Virus record (IMG/VR): IMGVR_UViG_3300023184_000116
Location: 1 to 63,679 of that record
DNA: 63,679 nucleotides
Source: a virus
Lineage: Duplodnaviria > Caudoviricetes
Strand: one strand, 5' to 3'
In this document: positions 27,973 to 36,331 of the stretch, in pieces
Layout: each line of letters starts with the position of its first letter
Position numbering within the stretch: position 1 is the stretch's first letter
Notes under the pieces: model-generated
What the model was told of the DNA's origin: nothing
Databases searched by the model: none
Seen by the model: only the letters and a program-made list of their open reading frames with translations
Translations under genes and position numbers: made by a program

Positions 27973-29007
27973 ATGTTTCACATGTGTCCAATGTTTTTTA
28001 TGATTCGGCACTAGAGAATTATTGAAAACCTGCCACGGTTCAAGATGCTCATAACCTTTAGGTACATAGCATTCAACATAGCGCACATAATCGCACGCAA
28101 CATCCTCTAGTGCTAAACCTTTACCCATGTTGCGCAAAAGATCTTTAGGATCATGCGGGCTACGAAACTCGTTACAGATCTTTTCCATTGCAGCATCGAG
28201 AAACAAGTTTTGACTCTTAAAACCATCATTGCCGAATAAAAGATTCAATGCTTGTTTCGCGTTGTTGCCATAGTTCACTTGTGAGTATGGATCAATAAGC
28301 TCAGGAAAATACGCAGCAACATCCATGACAAAAGCTGTCATGACAAAGTGAAAACATTTCAACCCGTTTTCTCGATGCCAATTATTGATCCAATCAACAC
28401 CATCGCGAATGCTCATTGATAACGGGTTATCGATCAAATGGAAATAAAAATCAACAACAAGTCGAAGCATGTACTCGGCGACGTAAAGCTCAGATCCGCG
28501 TTTATAGTCACCGCGTGGTTTCGGGAACATTGGAATCTGGTTACCGATACTGGTGAAGATTGCTCGACCTTGACGCATTTGACTCAACACGTAGTCGCGC
28601 ATTTCACCCATGCTCGTGGTGTTTAACGCCATGTCGCTTAGTAAACTATTTCTAAACCCGTGATCGTAACTAAACGATGCACCTGAACCTGTTACGCGAT
28701 GCACAAGAAATAGGAAGAACCAGTCAATGTCAGCGAACGGTGTTGAATCGAATCGTGGATCTGCTTGCCACTTTTTCGGGTTATTGCTACCGTGCCAGAT
28801 TTGCTGAATCGCGTTACTGAAACCAGCGAACTCACGATCAACCGTGTCATAGATTGTTATGTAGTGTTGTAGTGGATCATCAACGTGTAACGGCTCGGTT
28901 GTGTCTCTACCGTTCTCACTAGCAATGTTGATTGTTTGCAGCACCGCAGCTTTCTTGTAGTACTCTTTGAAGTCTTCCCAGTAAATTGTTTCAATCAGCT
29001 TACCCAT
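27934..29007 (-). CDS. DNA base-hypermodification protein, amino acid:DNA transferase / aGPT-pyrophosphorylase-like
   Basis: D.V.R..AGF, HRVTGS, G.NA..AL and LEDVACDYVRY resemble this helical family; lies in a cluster with TS-like, kinase and PLP genes. Confidence 0.6.
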   Translation of the reverse strand: MGKLIETIYWEDFKEYYKKAAVLQTINIASENGRDTTEPLHVDDPLQHYITIYDTVDREFAGFSNAIQQIWHGSNNPKKWQADPRFDSTPFADIDWFFLFLVHRVTGSGASFSYDHGFRNSLLSDMALNTTSMGEMRDYVLSQMRQGRAIFTSIGNQIPMFPKPRGDYKRGSELYVAEYMLRLVVDFYFHLIDNPLSMSIRDGVDWINNWHRENGLKCFHFVMTAFVMDVAAYFPELIDPYSQVNYGNNAKQALNLLFGNDGFKSQNLFLDAAMEKICNEFRSPHDPKDLLRNMGKGLALEDVACDYVRYVECYVPKGYEHLEPWQVFNNSLVPNHKKHWTHVKHLEKALEIKEKNS

Positions 29008-30002
29008 TTGTTTGCCTCATTTGTTTCTAGATTCCATTCATAAAACTCTGGTGATAGATGCACTGAACCTGGTTTCTCCATGTGCACTTTCGCGTACTCT
29101 TCCGGGTCCATTTCATACCACGATCGTGGCCATGCATGGACCTTGGTGAAAAGATCTTCCAAACGGTTTTGGAATACTTCACGGATCTGGTTACGCTTTT
29201 CACGTGTGCCATAAAACGGTGTTTTCTTGTAGTAACCCGATTTTGGGATTCGCCGCTGCTCAAACTCGATCGGGTACGGGCTAGTCACCTCAAATGAACC
29301 AATAAGATCTTTCACCTGTAACTCTGTGAGCTGTTTGTGAAGATCCTCAACGAGTGTCACCGCAGCTTTTAGTGGGTTGAACTGGCGTGCAAGATGATGA
29401 CGAATGTCAATGTTACCGGCTGAGATCACGAGATGCTCCACGCGATAATCTGGTAGATACGATTCCACGCCACGAGTTGTTAAACCATGCAATGTTAAAC
29501 CATCGTGACGGTACACAATAGTGCCGCGTCGATACCTTGCAATGGAATGTGAGTCACCGATAACAACGCGCGTCACGTTAGGAACCAGAGCCTCATGTGT
29601 TAACACTGGCGCATTGGTTATGTCCACTATTTTTTGCCATTCAGCCTTGGTGAAATCTAGCTGAGCTTTTGCTGCACGCTCACCAAGGATTGCTTGAATG
29701 TTCGGCAATGGTTTCTCTAATGCTTTGATGTTGCCAAGATCCATGTCAAGGATTCTTGAGATCCTGTCATGGACTTCTTGCGTGAACCCACCGAACAGGT
29801 TGAACGTGTCACCACCGAATTCCATTGGTGTGGACACTAACCAGATACCGTCAAGAACCGTCCACGGTTTGTTACCTGCTAGTAGTGGTTTACCGTGGCC
29901 AAGATCTTCAACCATGCACGCTTGCATTCTTGGCCACGCAGCTTTATGGCTTGACATTTTTGAACTAAACGATGTCACCACGTCGTCAATGATCATGGTC
30001 AT
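28995..30002 (-). CDS. conserved phage protein with SGNH-like motifs
   Basis: VIGDSHS, GNIDIRHHL, SVHL; coupled to the previous gene. Confidence 0.55.
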   Translation of the reverse strand: MTMIIDDVVTSFSSKMSSHKAAWPRMQACMVEDLGHGKPLLAGNKPWTVLDGIWLVSTPMEFGGDTFNLFGGFTQEVHDRISRILDMDLGNIKALEKPLPNIQAILGERAAKAQLDFTKAEWQKIVDITNAPVLTHEALVPNVTRVVIGDSHSIARYRRGTIVYRHDGLTLHGLTTRGVESYLPDYRVEHLVISAGNIDIRHHLARQFNPLKAAVTLVEDLHKQLTELQVKDLIGSFEVTSPYPIEFEQRRIPKSGYYKKTPFYGTREKRNQIREVFQNRLEDLFTKVHAWPRSWYEMDPEEYAKVHMEKPGSVHLSPEFYEWNLETNEANKWVS

Positions 30003-30211
30003 GCTTTCACCTGATCTTGTTTATCCTTCACCGCGTAATAGAAAGTGAACCAATTATGGATCGTGTCTTCTAGCGATGCTGGTAATAGTTCACCGGTGAT
30101 CTTTTTACCGAGCGCATAATACTCTTCACTAACCTTGTCATCCCATAGATCTTCAAGATCCATGAATGCTTGCGCAACTCGATGGATTGCAGCTAACTGG
30201 TTCTTTGTCAT
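29999..30211 (-). CDS. hypothetical early protein
   Basis: 70-aa coupled ORF. Confidence 0.55.
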   Translation of the reverse strand: MTKNQLAAIHRVAQAFMDLEDLWDDKVSEEYYALGKKITGELLPASLEDTIHNWFTFYYAVKDKQDQVKA

Positions 30212-30567
30212 TATGCTGCAGCTCCTTCGCGAATAACTTTAACTAACGTGATCTTGTCAGCACCTGAACCGTAAGCCCAATGATTTACGTTCCGGTAAAT
30301 GTTGAACTCGTAACCAGCGTCCAACGTGATCTCAACTTCATCCTCATTATTCATAACCAAGCCAACGAATGTTACTTCCTCGGTGTAACTACCGAAAGGT
30401 GCATGGAACTTCACTTCAATAAGTGAACCAGGTACCACGTTCGCCAAGCGGCGATTCTTAACTGGCTTTGGCTTTGCTGCTTCAGCTTCTTCCAACACGC
30501 AAAGTTTCATCTGCAGTGCTGCAATCTGTGTCTTGCATTCTTCTATCTCGAAATTGATCTTTGTCAT
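30211..30567 (-). CDS. hypothetical early protein
   Basis: 118 aa with AAGGAC RBS. Confidence 0.6.
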   Translation of the reverse strand: MTKINFEIEECKTQIAALQMKLCVLEEAEAAKPKPVKNRRLANVVPGSLIEVKFHAPFGSYTEEVTFVGLVMNNEDEVEITLDAGYEFNIYRNVNHWAYGSGADKITLVKVIREGAAA

Positions 30568-30587
30568 GATTTGTCCTTTGTCCTTTT

Positions 30588-30647
30588 TTGACCTGTCTCA
30601 TCAGTTGCAAGTGGTCAACCTTGCAAGACGCCCAAAGGCGTTTCGAC
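30588..30647 (-). ncRNA. type II hammerhead ribozyme with pseudoknot
   Basis: GUC GAAA CGCC-UUUG-GGCG UC^ UUGCAAG-GUUGACCA-CUUGCAA CUGAUGA GAC A GGUCAA: complete core, three stems and a UUGACC/GGUCAA pseudoknot. Confidence 0.92.
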
Positions 30648-31051
30648 TAGTTGATCGCACCACCTTGTTTGCAGTTCGGGCAAGTGTAACTAAAAGTTTT
30701 GCATGTTTCGCGGCAGCAATCACAAAATTCTGTGGTGCTCATTCCAGTTAATTCTGCTTTAGTGTTGCCAGCAATTAATGTGTCATGCATGTTGCAGTAT
30801 GCAATCCATTTGCCATCTGAATCATCAAAACCAAAATCAATTGCTTTGCCAATTTCAATTTCTGCTTTTGCTAACTTTGTCAAGCATCGTGTGCACGCTA
30901 AATCATCTGCGTAATGTGCTTCAGTTTCACTACCGATAAAGCGTGAGTTGCAAGTTGCTGTTGTGCCATCGTTTGAAAGATGTACAAGGTTTGTTTTGTA
31001 ATCGTGCATTAGTTTGAAACCTAGTGCTACTGCTTTTGCTTTTGCGTTCAT
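30647..31051 (-). CDS. hypothetical Cys-rich early protein
   Basis: Start MNAKA after the RBS of repeat copy 2; several CxxC motifs. Confidence 0.6.
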   Translation of the reverse strand: MNAKAKAVALGFKLMHDYKTNLVHLSNDGTTATCNSRFIGSETEAHYADDLACTRCLTKLAKAEIEIGKAIDFGFDDSDGKWIAYCNMHDTLIAGNTKAELTGMSTTEFCDCCRETCKTFSYTCPNCKQGGAIN

Positions 31052-31056
31052 GATCG

Positions 31057-31177
31057 TGTCCTTTTGTCCTATCAGCTGTCCGGCTGATGTTTCTATTCTA
31101 TACACAAACCAGAAGTAAAAACTACCATTTGGACAACTTTTTTTTAACTATTTTTTTCCTTTATTTCCAATGCTTTT
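31057..31177 (-). promoter_or_regulatory. repeated promoter/stem-loop/RBS module, copy 2
   Basis: Near-identical to 27843..27972. Confidence 0.8.
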
Positions 31178-31610
31178 ACGCGCTACAGCTAGATTCAGTG
31201 CACAAAACACCATCATCATCTAGTGCACGTTTGCAAGTTTTACACTTACCAGACACACCATCATAGCCATGCAACTGTCGCGCAGCATTGATCTCTGCTT
31301 TCTTTTTATACACTTCAAAAACATCATCAGCTGTCCAACCAATCGCGAGCCAAAGATTAACAAGAAAATGCAACGCGTCAACAAGTTCACTACCAAACGA
31401 TAACTGGTTAACATGTCGACTCTTCGCCCACGGTTTCCAACCACACTCTGCTAGCGCTTCATGCAACTCGTCCTGTAGTGCAAGATTCATCATCGCAATG
31501 TACTCTGCTTTTGCAACCGGGTCAAGCGTGTGTGGTTCAACACCGAACGATTCCTTTTGCAAACGCGCTTGTCGTTCAAAGATCAATTTCAATGTGTCAA
31601 TGTTTGTCAT
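31176..31610 (-). CDS. all-alpha dimeric dUTPase/dCTPase (MazG-like)
   Basis: E..EAL....WKPW...ELVDALHF...Y.KK..IN..RQ..GY. Confidence 0.85.
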   Translation of the reverse strand: MTNIDTLKLIFERQARLQKESFGVEPHTLDPVAKAEYIAMMNLALQDELHEALAECGWKPWAKSRHVNQLSFGSELVDALHFLVNLWLAIGWTADDVFEVYKKKAEINAARQLHGYDGVSGKCKTCKRALDDDGVLCTESSCSA

Positions 31611-32041
31611 TACAGTTTTCCTTTTTCTAGACGAGCAATGTTCAACTTTAGAACATCCGCGATGTTCTCAATTTCAGATCTTGGATAACTCGGTCCATCA
31701 ATGTAATCACTAAACACGATCTGTTTAAAGCCGTGCGCAGCAATAATCGTTAAACAGTTCGCGCACGGAAAATGTGTCACAGCTAAAAGACCGTTGCGTG
31801 TGTCCTTGATCGTTGCATAACGAAGCGCGTTCGCTTCAGCGTGGATCACGTAAGGACGACGAGCATCACGATCAAGCCAATCGATTTGCACATTCGATGG
31901 TGCACCATTGTAGCCAACACTTGCGACACTCATGTCTTCACGCAAAACCGCTGCACCAACTTTAATGAACGGATCTTCACTGCGTTTAGCTGCAGCGAAC
32001 GCTAGTTCGAGTGCATACTCTGGCCAAGTTAATCGTTTCAT
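31610..32041 (-). CDS. dCMP deaminase
   Basis: RS.DP..KVGA, GYNG, HAEANA, PC..C. Confidence 0.9.
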   Translation of the reverse strand: MKRLTWPEYALELAFAAAKRSEDPFIKVGAAVLREDMSVASVGYNGAPSNVQIDWLDRDARRPYVIHAEANALRYATIKDTRNGLLAVTHFPCANCLTIIAAHGFKQIVFSDYIDGPSYPRSEIENIADVLKLNIARLEKGKL

Positions 32042-32054
32042 TTTTCTCCTTTAG

Positions 32055-32099
32055 AAAACACGTGGACACTACCAAGGCTAATAGTGTCCACGTGTTTTT
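32055..32099. terminator. 16-bp stem-loop (terminator or processing site)
   Basis: AAAACACGTGGACACT-12-AGTGTCCACGTGTTTT. Confidence 0.6.
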
Positions 32100-32115
32100 C
32101 CCCTGCTGGTTATCT

Positions 32116-32577
32116 CTAGGAGATAACCGTGCCACCGAGCTGTGCAAGGAGTGCTGCGATGGCTGGATCATTCGCGTCAATTGCTTTCTCAGCAACCGGC
32201 GCAGCGACAGGTTTTTGTAACCCGCTTGCAATGTAAGCTGTTGCTTTCGCGATTGCTGCTTGATCTGTTGTTGCATCGATCAAGATCCATGGTGCTGATT
32301 TACCTGGTTTTGCTGTACCTTGACCGATACGTGCAAGAACCTGTGCACCAATGTTTGGTTTCAAAGCTGAAAGTAAAGCCTTGTTAAAGAATAGAACACC
32401 TTCGTGTTCCTCGTTCGCGTCTAGATCAACAAGGTTGACCTCGATTGCATCGGATTCGCCTAGTGCAGTGACGATCCCGGTTTTGTATTCGATTGGTGTG
32501 ATGATTAGCAAGTGTCCGTTAAGATCTGCTACCTTCACGTAGTCGCCGCTCATGGCGCTTGGTGGTGTGAAAGTCAT
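32116..32577 (-). CDS. ssDNA-binding protein (actinophage type)
   Basis: DL.GHLLII.P, RIGQGTAKPGKSAPWIL; start MTFTP after AAGGAAG. Confidence 0.6.
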   Translation of the reverse strand: MTFTPPSAMSGDYVKVADLNGHLLIITPIEYKTGIVTALGESDAIEVNLVDLDANEEHEGVLFFNKALLSALKPNIGAQVLARIGQGTAKPGKSAPWILIDATTDQAAIAKATAYIASGLQKPVAAPVAEKAIDANDPAIAALLAQLGGTVIS

Positions 32578-32644
32578 GGTGACTTCCTTTCTGTTTGTTG
32601 TTGTGTTTGTTTGTTCCGTTAATGGGTTTAACGGTGGTCTTTGG

Positions 32645-32914
32645 TTAGAGGTCGTTATCCTCTTCATCGTGTTCGACTTCTTCGCGTGTATAAAATTCTT
32701 GTTTCGCTAAACGTTCCTGGTTCAGTTCATCAGCGGCTCGCCAGCGGGCGTCATCAAATGCTTCTTTGTTAAGATCTTCCTCTGCTGCGTATTCGTTCCA
32801 TGGATCAAGATCCACAGCTTTCTTGTATGAATGCACAACCTCAGCTGCAAAAACCGCTGAGATCGCCGTGAACGCGCCAAGGAGAAACCCGATTAGCAAT
32901 GTAAAGATCTTCAT
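32645..32914 (-). CDS. membrane-anchored hypothetical protein
   Basis: N-terminal hydrophobic helix. Confidence 0.55.
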   Translation of the reverse strand: MKIFTLLIGFLLGAFTAISAVFAAEVVHSYKKAVDLDPWNEYAAEEDLNKEAFDDARWRAADELNQERLAKQEFYTREEVEHDEEDNDL

Positions 32915-33642
32915 TTACCTGCACATCCTTTCGAAAGATCATTATTCTCTGGTGTAAACCATGAACAGTAGTGACATAATCGACTCGGTTCAAACGGGAT
33001 CAAATTCCAATGCTGTGGATTCTCCTCCGGGTCAAGCATCACAAGTAACTGGATCGTGTCATCGAGTCGTTGCATTGCATCAATCGCGATCTGTTCATCA
33101 TAGTCGCTGATCCAAACATGCAAACCTGAAAGCATTCCACCAAGTGGATAAAACGCTAACGCGATCTGTTTCACATCGTAACCGGCTTGCTTCAAACCAT
33201 ACGCGTAGATGCTCAACTGAATTAACTGCTGTTTTGTTGGACCTTCAAGTTTACGAGCTTTCATTGAAGCTGCGCCAACACATTTATGATCGATCACGAT
33301 ACCGTTATCAACATCGAACAAGTCAACGGTGCCGGTTAAACCAGGCCTCGCTGTTACACGATGCTCAATTAACCAGTTGCCTTCACTTGTTTCACCAAAC
33401 GCGTCAGCTAACCAAGCGTGAATCGCTGTACCGCTAATCGCTGGCCACGGATCTGTAACCGTGTTCACTTTCGGTGTGTCCATCATTTTGTACGCTAGTT
33501 TGCGAACACAAGCGTCACCAATTTCAGATGGACCAATGTTCAACTGTCGAGACCTTGGCTTGTTCGCATCCGATGATTTGATAATCGCAGCAATCCGCTG
33601 CTCCAGAGATTTCGATGCTGCAACAGGTGATGTGAAACTCAT
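32911..33642 (-). CDS. Cas4/RecB-like exonuclease
   Basis: IGPSEIG..C.RK, GTAIH, GTVDL, IDHK, Q..IY, C..C. Confidence 0.85.
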   Translation of the reverse strand: MSFTSPVAASKSLEQRIAAIIKSSDANKPRSRQLNIGPSEIGDACVRKLAYKMMDTPKVNTVTDPWPAISGTAIHAWLADAFGETSEGNWLIEHRVTARPGLTGTVDLFDVDNGIVIDHKCVGAASMKARKLEGPTKQQLIQLSIYAYGLKQAGYDVKQIALAFYPLGGMLSGLHVWISDYDEQIAIDAMQRLDDTIQLLVMLDPEENPQHWNLIPFEPSRLCHYCSWFTPENNDLSKGCAGK

Positions 33643-33715
33643 TCGTCAACCTGCCATTCCTCAGGGTCAACTGTTGGATGTTTAACAATTAACGGTTTAA
33701 TTGGTGTAACTGTCA

Positions 33716-34039
33716 TTACCATTGCTCGCTACCATCAAGAAGTGTGAAACGCTTAGACTGTGACTTAACCTCAAGCAGTTCAATGACTTGCTGTGGTAAA
33801 ACCTCACGCGCTTTCTTAGTATCAAAACGTGTAGACTCAACCGTTGACCATTTGACAACTGGTGCACCGTTAATTGTGCCAATGACCGCGTCACCCATTG
33901 CAGATTTAATCTGCTCAGTGAGAATGTCCGCACGCTCTTGTAGTTCACCAATCTCAGCTTTCAAGCGACGCAACACCATGATCGTTGCAGCAAACGTTGG
34001 ATCAAGATCAATTTCGTTTTGGTTAATTTGCATGCTCAT
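33716..34039 (-). CDS. coiled-coil protein, YqaJ C-terminal-like
   Basis: IK..MGDA..G......W.....RFD.K. Confidence 0.6.
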   Translation of the reverse strand: MSMQINQNEIDLDPTFAATIMVLRRLKAEIGELQERADILTEQIKSAMGDAVIGTINGAPVVKWSTVESTRFDTKKAREVLPQQVIELLEVKSQSKRFTLLDGSEQW

Positions 34040-34218
34040 AATTCAATGCCCATTTCTTTTGCTAGTTGTGTCCCAATAGGTGTCTCATCAAACGAGTCAA
34101 CTGCCCACTGCTGTTTTGCTTTCTTGCGATCGTTTACGACTTGCCACCTACCAAGACAGTAGGCAACAATCACCGTGGTGATCCATGTTGCTATTATCAT
34201 TTCCTTTTCCTTTTCATT

Positions 34219-34644
34219 TTAGTACGGCCACCCTGCTTTTTCAAGGTAGCGGTAACGTTCATAGACTCTAATCGATACACCAACATCTTTGCATGCACGC
34301 TCAAGAGTCCAACCGCGTTTAAGAAGGATCCTAACATCGTCCAACTTTTTTTGTCGCTTACTTGTGAGATTTTTTTCAAAGATCTTTTCGTATCTTTCAT
34401 CTGGAAGTGTACCACCCCAGATCCCGTCATTGATCCCATTGTCCAATGCGTACTGTAAACAGTCCACGTTGTGGACACAGACTTTGCAAATTGCGACCGC
34501 TTGTTCAATGAGAGCATTTCTGGCAGGTATAGATCTAATAGTTTCCGGGAACCAGGTTTCAGGGTCAACATGCATCGTGTCGCATGCTGCGTTTGGGAAA
34601 TGTGGAAGCTCAAGGGCAAATTGTTCGAATGGGTCATGACTCAT
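34219..34644 (-). CDS. whiB: WhiB-family transcription factor with C-terminal HTH-like extension
   Basis: C...DPETWFP...A..ICKVC....DCL.YAL....GIWGG. Confidence 0.9.
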   Translation of the reverse strand: MSHDPFEQFALELPHFPNAACDTMHVDPETWFPETIRSIPARNALIEQAVAICKVCVHNVDCLQYALDNGINDGIWGGTLPDERYEKIFEKNLTSKRQKKLDDVRILLKRGWTLERACKDVGVSIRVYERYRYLEKAGWPY

Positions 34645-34981
34645 TGCAACTCTTTTTAATTAACTCAACCATGCGCCACAGTGGAAGAATAGCCCACCAT
34701 TCACCCACGCGTGTAGAACCAACACCATTCGGTTTCGCTACAACAAAACCGTGATCAGCTTTAGCGTTATGGATCTCGACCTCAAGTTCGCGCAACCAAC
34801 CAGGAATCGAATACGATTTCTGGTTCTTAATCTCGATCACAACATTGCGCACACCGGTTACATCACCAGTGTCCAGCTTACCACGCAAAGGTGAACGATC
34901 AGCGTCAGGAAAACCATTCTCACGCAGAAACTTGACGACAAGAGTTTCAGCTGCTGTGCCTTTCGCCCGTGCTTTACTCAT
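34634..34981 (-). CDS. Holliday junction resolase/resolvase (phage B)
   Basis: AKGTAAET, DTGDV, IEIKN. Confidence 0.8.
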   Translation of the reverse strand: MSKARAKGTAAETLVVKFLRENGFPDADRSPLRGKLDTGDVTGVRNVVIEIKNQKSYSIPGWLRELEVEIHNAKADHGFVVAKPNGVGSTRVGEWWAILPLWRMVELIKKSCNES

Positions 34982-35187
34982 TTCTTGTCACGCAACTTGC
35001 TCAGTTCAAATGATAGTTCAGCGTTCTGTTGACGCAAACGACGTAACTCTTGCAAATGTGTGTTTAAACTTTCACGGTAATGCTTTTGCATTTTGTCTTT
35101 TTGCTCATTATGAAACGCGCTTGCAAGAAACCAAATAAACGCAAACGCTAACAAGCAACGGATCAATAGATCATTGTAGTGACTCAT
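34978..35187 (-). CDS. small membrane/coiled-coil protein
   Basis: Transmembrane segment plus coiled coil. Confidence 0.55.
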   Translation of the reverse strand: MSHYNDLLIRCLLAFAFIWFLASAFHNEQKDKMQKHYRESLNTHLQELRRLRQQNAELSFELSKLRDKK

Positions 35188-35375
35188 TATTTGTCCTCCT
35201 CGGTTGGTGGAATAATCTTGAACACAAGATCTTGACAGTTGTCACACACAACATCATCATCGTGGCGCTCAGCGTAACACTCGGTCAAAATCATGTCAAC
35301 TATCTTTTGACGTTCTTCTTCACGGATCTTGTTGAACACTTCACTAAAGTCAACAAGGTTATTTATTGCATCCAT
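35187..35375 (-). CDS. hypothetical protein
   Basis: Preceded by RBS GGAGG. Confidence 0.6.
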   Translation of the reverse strand: MDAINNLVDFSEVFNKIREEERQKIVDMILTECYAERHDDDVVCDNCQDLVFKIIPPTEEDK

Positions 35376-35668
35376 TATTTTGCCTCCTGTAAGTTTGGGT
35401 GTGGTGGCGCTACAACCAGATCGGACAAAGAATCGGGAGCGCCACCACTTCCACTCGAATGGACAGTCCGAGTGGAAAGTTCTGCCTTTTCATAAACGTT
35501 TAACCAGTCTAAAACAAAGTTCAGAATGTGTTCCTGTAATTCCTTGGTGGACATCTCTGACCAATCAGGTGCATCCCAATTGTTCATACGTGTTTCCCAC
35601 TTAAGCGCGTCAGCCTCGGTTGCACAACCAAGAACCTGTGAAATGATCTCTAGTGAACTACGCATCAT
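35375..35668 (-). CDS. hypothetical protein
   Basis: Probable start MMRSS; 3' end runs through tandem hairpins. Confidence 0.45.
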   Translation of the reverse strand: MMRSSLEIISQVLGCATEADALKWETRMNNWDAPDWSEMSTKELQEHILNFVLDWLNVYEKAELSTRTVHSSGSGGAPDSLSDLVVAPPHPNLQEAK

Positions 35669-35946
35669 GCACCAACCTTGATAACTACGGAAGAACCATC
35701 CGCTGTATGCTTTTCCATAATTTCGTAACCCCATTTTAGAAATGCATTTCGATCGCGAAGCACATCAATGACAAGCCACTGAATCCACTTACTATTTTCC
35801 TTGTCTTTGTATTTAGTATTTGCTCGAACTAAATCACGAACTTCACATGCAAGTTTATCGTTAGCAAAATCAATGTTAAACATAGGATCATTGTCTGAAA
35901 TGTAAAGACCGCTGATGCTAGTTGTTTCAGAAAGTTTGTGTGCCAT
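35665..35946 (-). CDS. hypothetical early protein
   Basis: 93-aa coupled ORF. Confidence 0.55.
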   Translation of the reverse strand: MAHKLSETTSISGLYISDNDPMFNIDFANDKLACEVRDLVRANTKYKDKENSKWIQWLVIDVLRDRNAFLKWGYEIMEKHTADGSSVVIKVGA

Positions 35947-35948
35947 GA

Positions 35949-36143
35949 TTACTTCACAACCTTGAATGCAACATGTGAAACTAAAGTTGTGTGCAAAGTT
36001 CCAACAACACGGATCTTGTAATACTCTTTAGTCCAATGTGAAACATAAACAAGTGTTCCTGCTGGGAACTCTGTCTGGTTAATGCGCTTTGTGTTTTTAT
36101 CTGTCATACCCATAACGATCGGGCGGATGGTTACTGCTTTCAT
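35949..36143 (-). CDS. hypothetical early protein
   Basis: First gene after repeat copy 3. Confidence 0.6.
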   Translation of the reverse strand: MKAVTIRPIVMGMTDKNTKRINQTEFPAGTLVYVSHWTKEYYKIRVVGTLHTTLVSHVAFKVVK

Positions 36144-36144
36144 G

Positions 36145-36279
36145 TCTTGTCCTTTGTTTGTCCGTTCATCAGCTGTCCTGCTGATAAGACCATTCTATAC
36201 ACAGTTTGTGGGTAAAAACTACCATTTTGGCAATTTTTTTTAATTATTTTTTTTCCTTTATTTCCAATGCTTTTTCTAG
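36145..36279 (-). promoter_or_regulatory. repeated promoter/stem-loop/RBS module, copy 3
   Basis: Same blocks as copies 1 and 2; follows the late terminator. Confidence 0.8.
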
Positions 36280-36290
36280 CATAAATGAAA

Positions 36291-36331
36291 AAAGAATCCC
36301 CTTGGCAATAATTTACCAAGGGGATTTCTTT
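36291..36331. terminator. intrinsic (possibly bidirectional) terminator
   Basis: AATCCCCTTGG-loop-CCAAGGGGATT flanked by A/T runs. Confidence 0.7.

Noticed and set aside
36160-36192. CTGATGA in repeat copy 3 as a second hammerhead
   Set aside because: No GAAA or stem II/III; it is the 3' arm of the promoter hairpin and reads CTGATAG in the other copies
27843-36279. CRISPR array or integron attC sites
   Set aside because: The repeats are ~130 bp, kilobases apart and promoter-like; no cas operon or integrase. The Cas4-like genes are ordinary phage exonucleases
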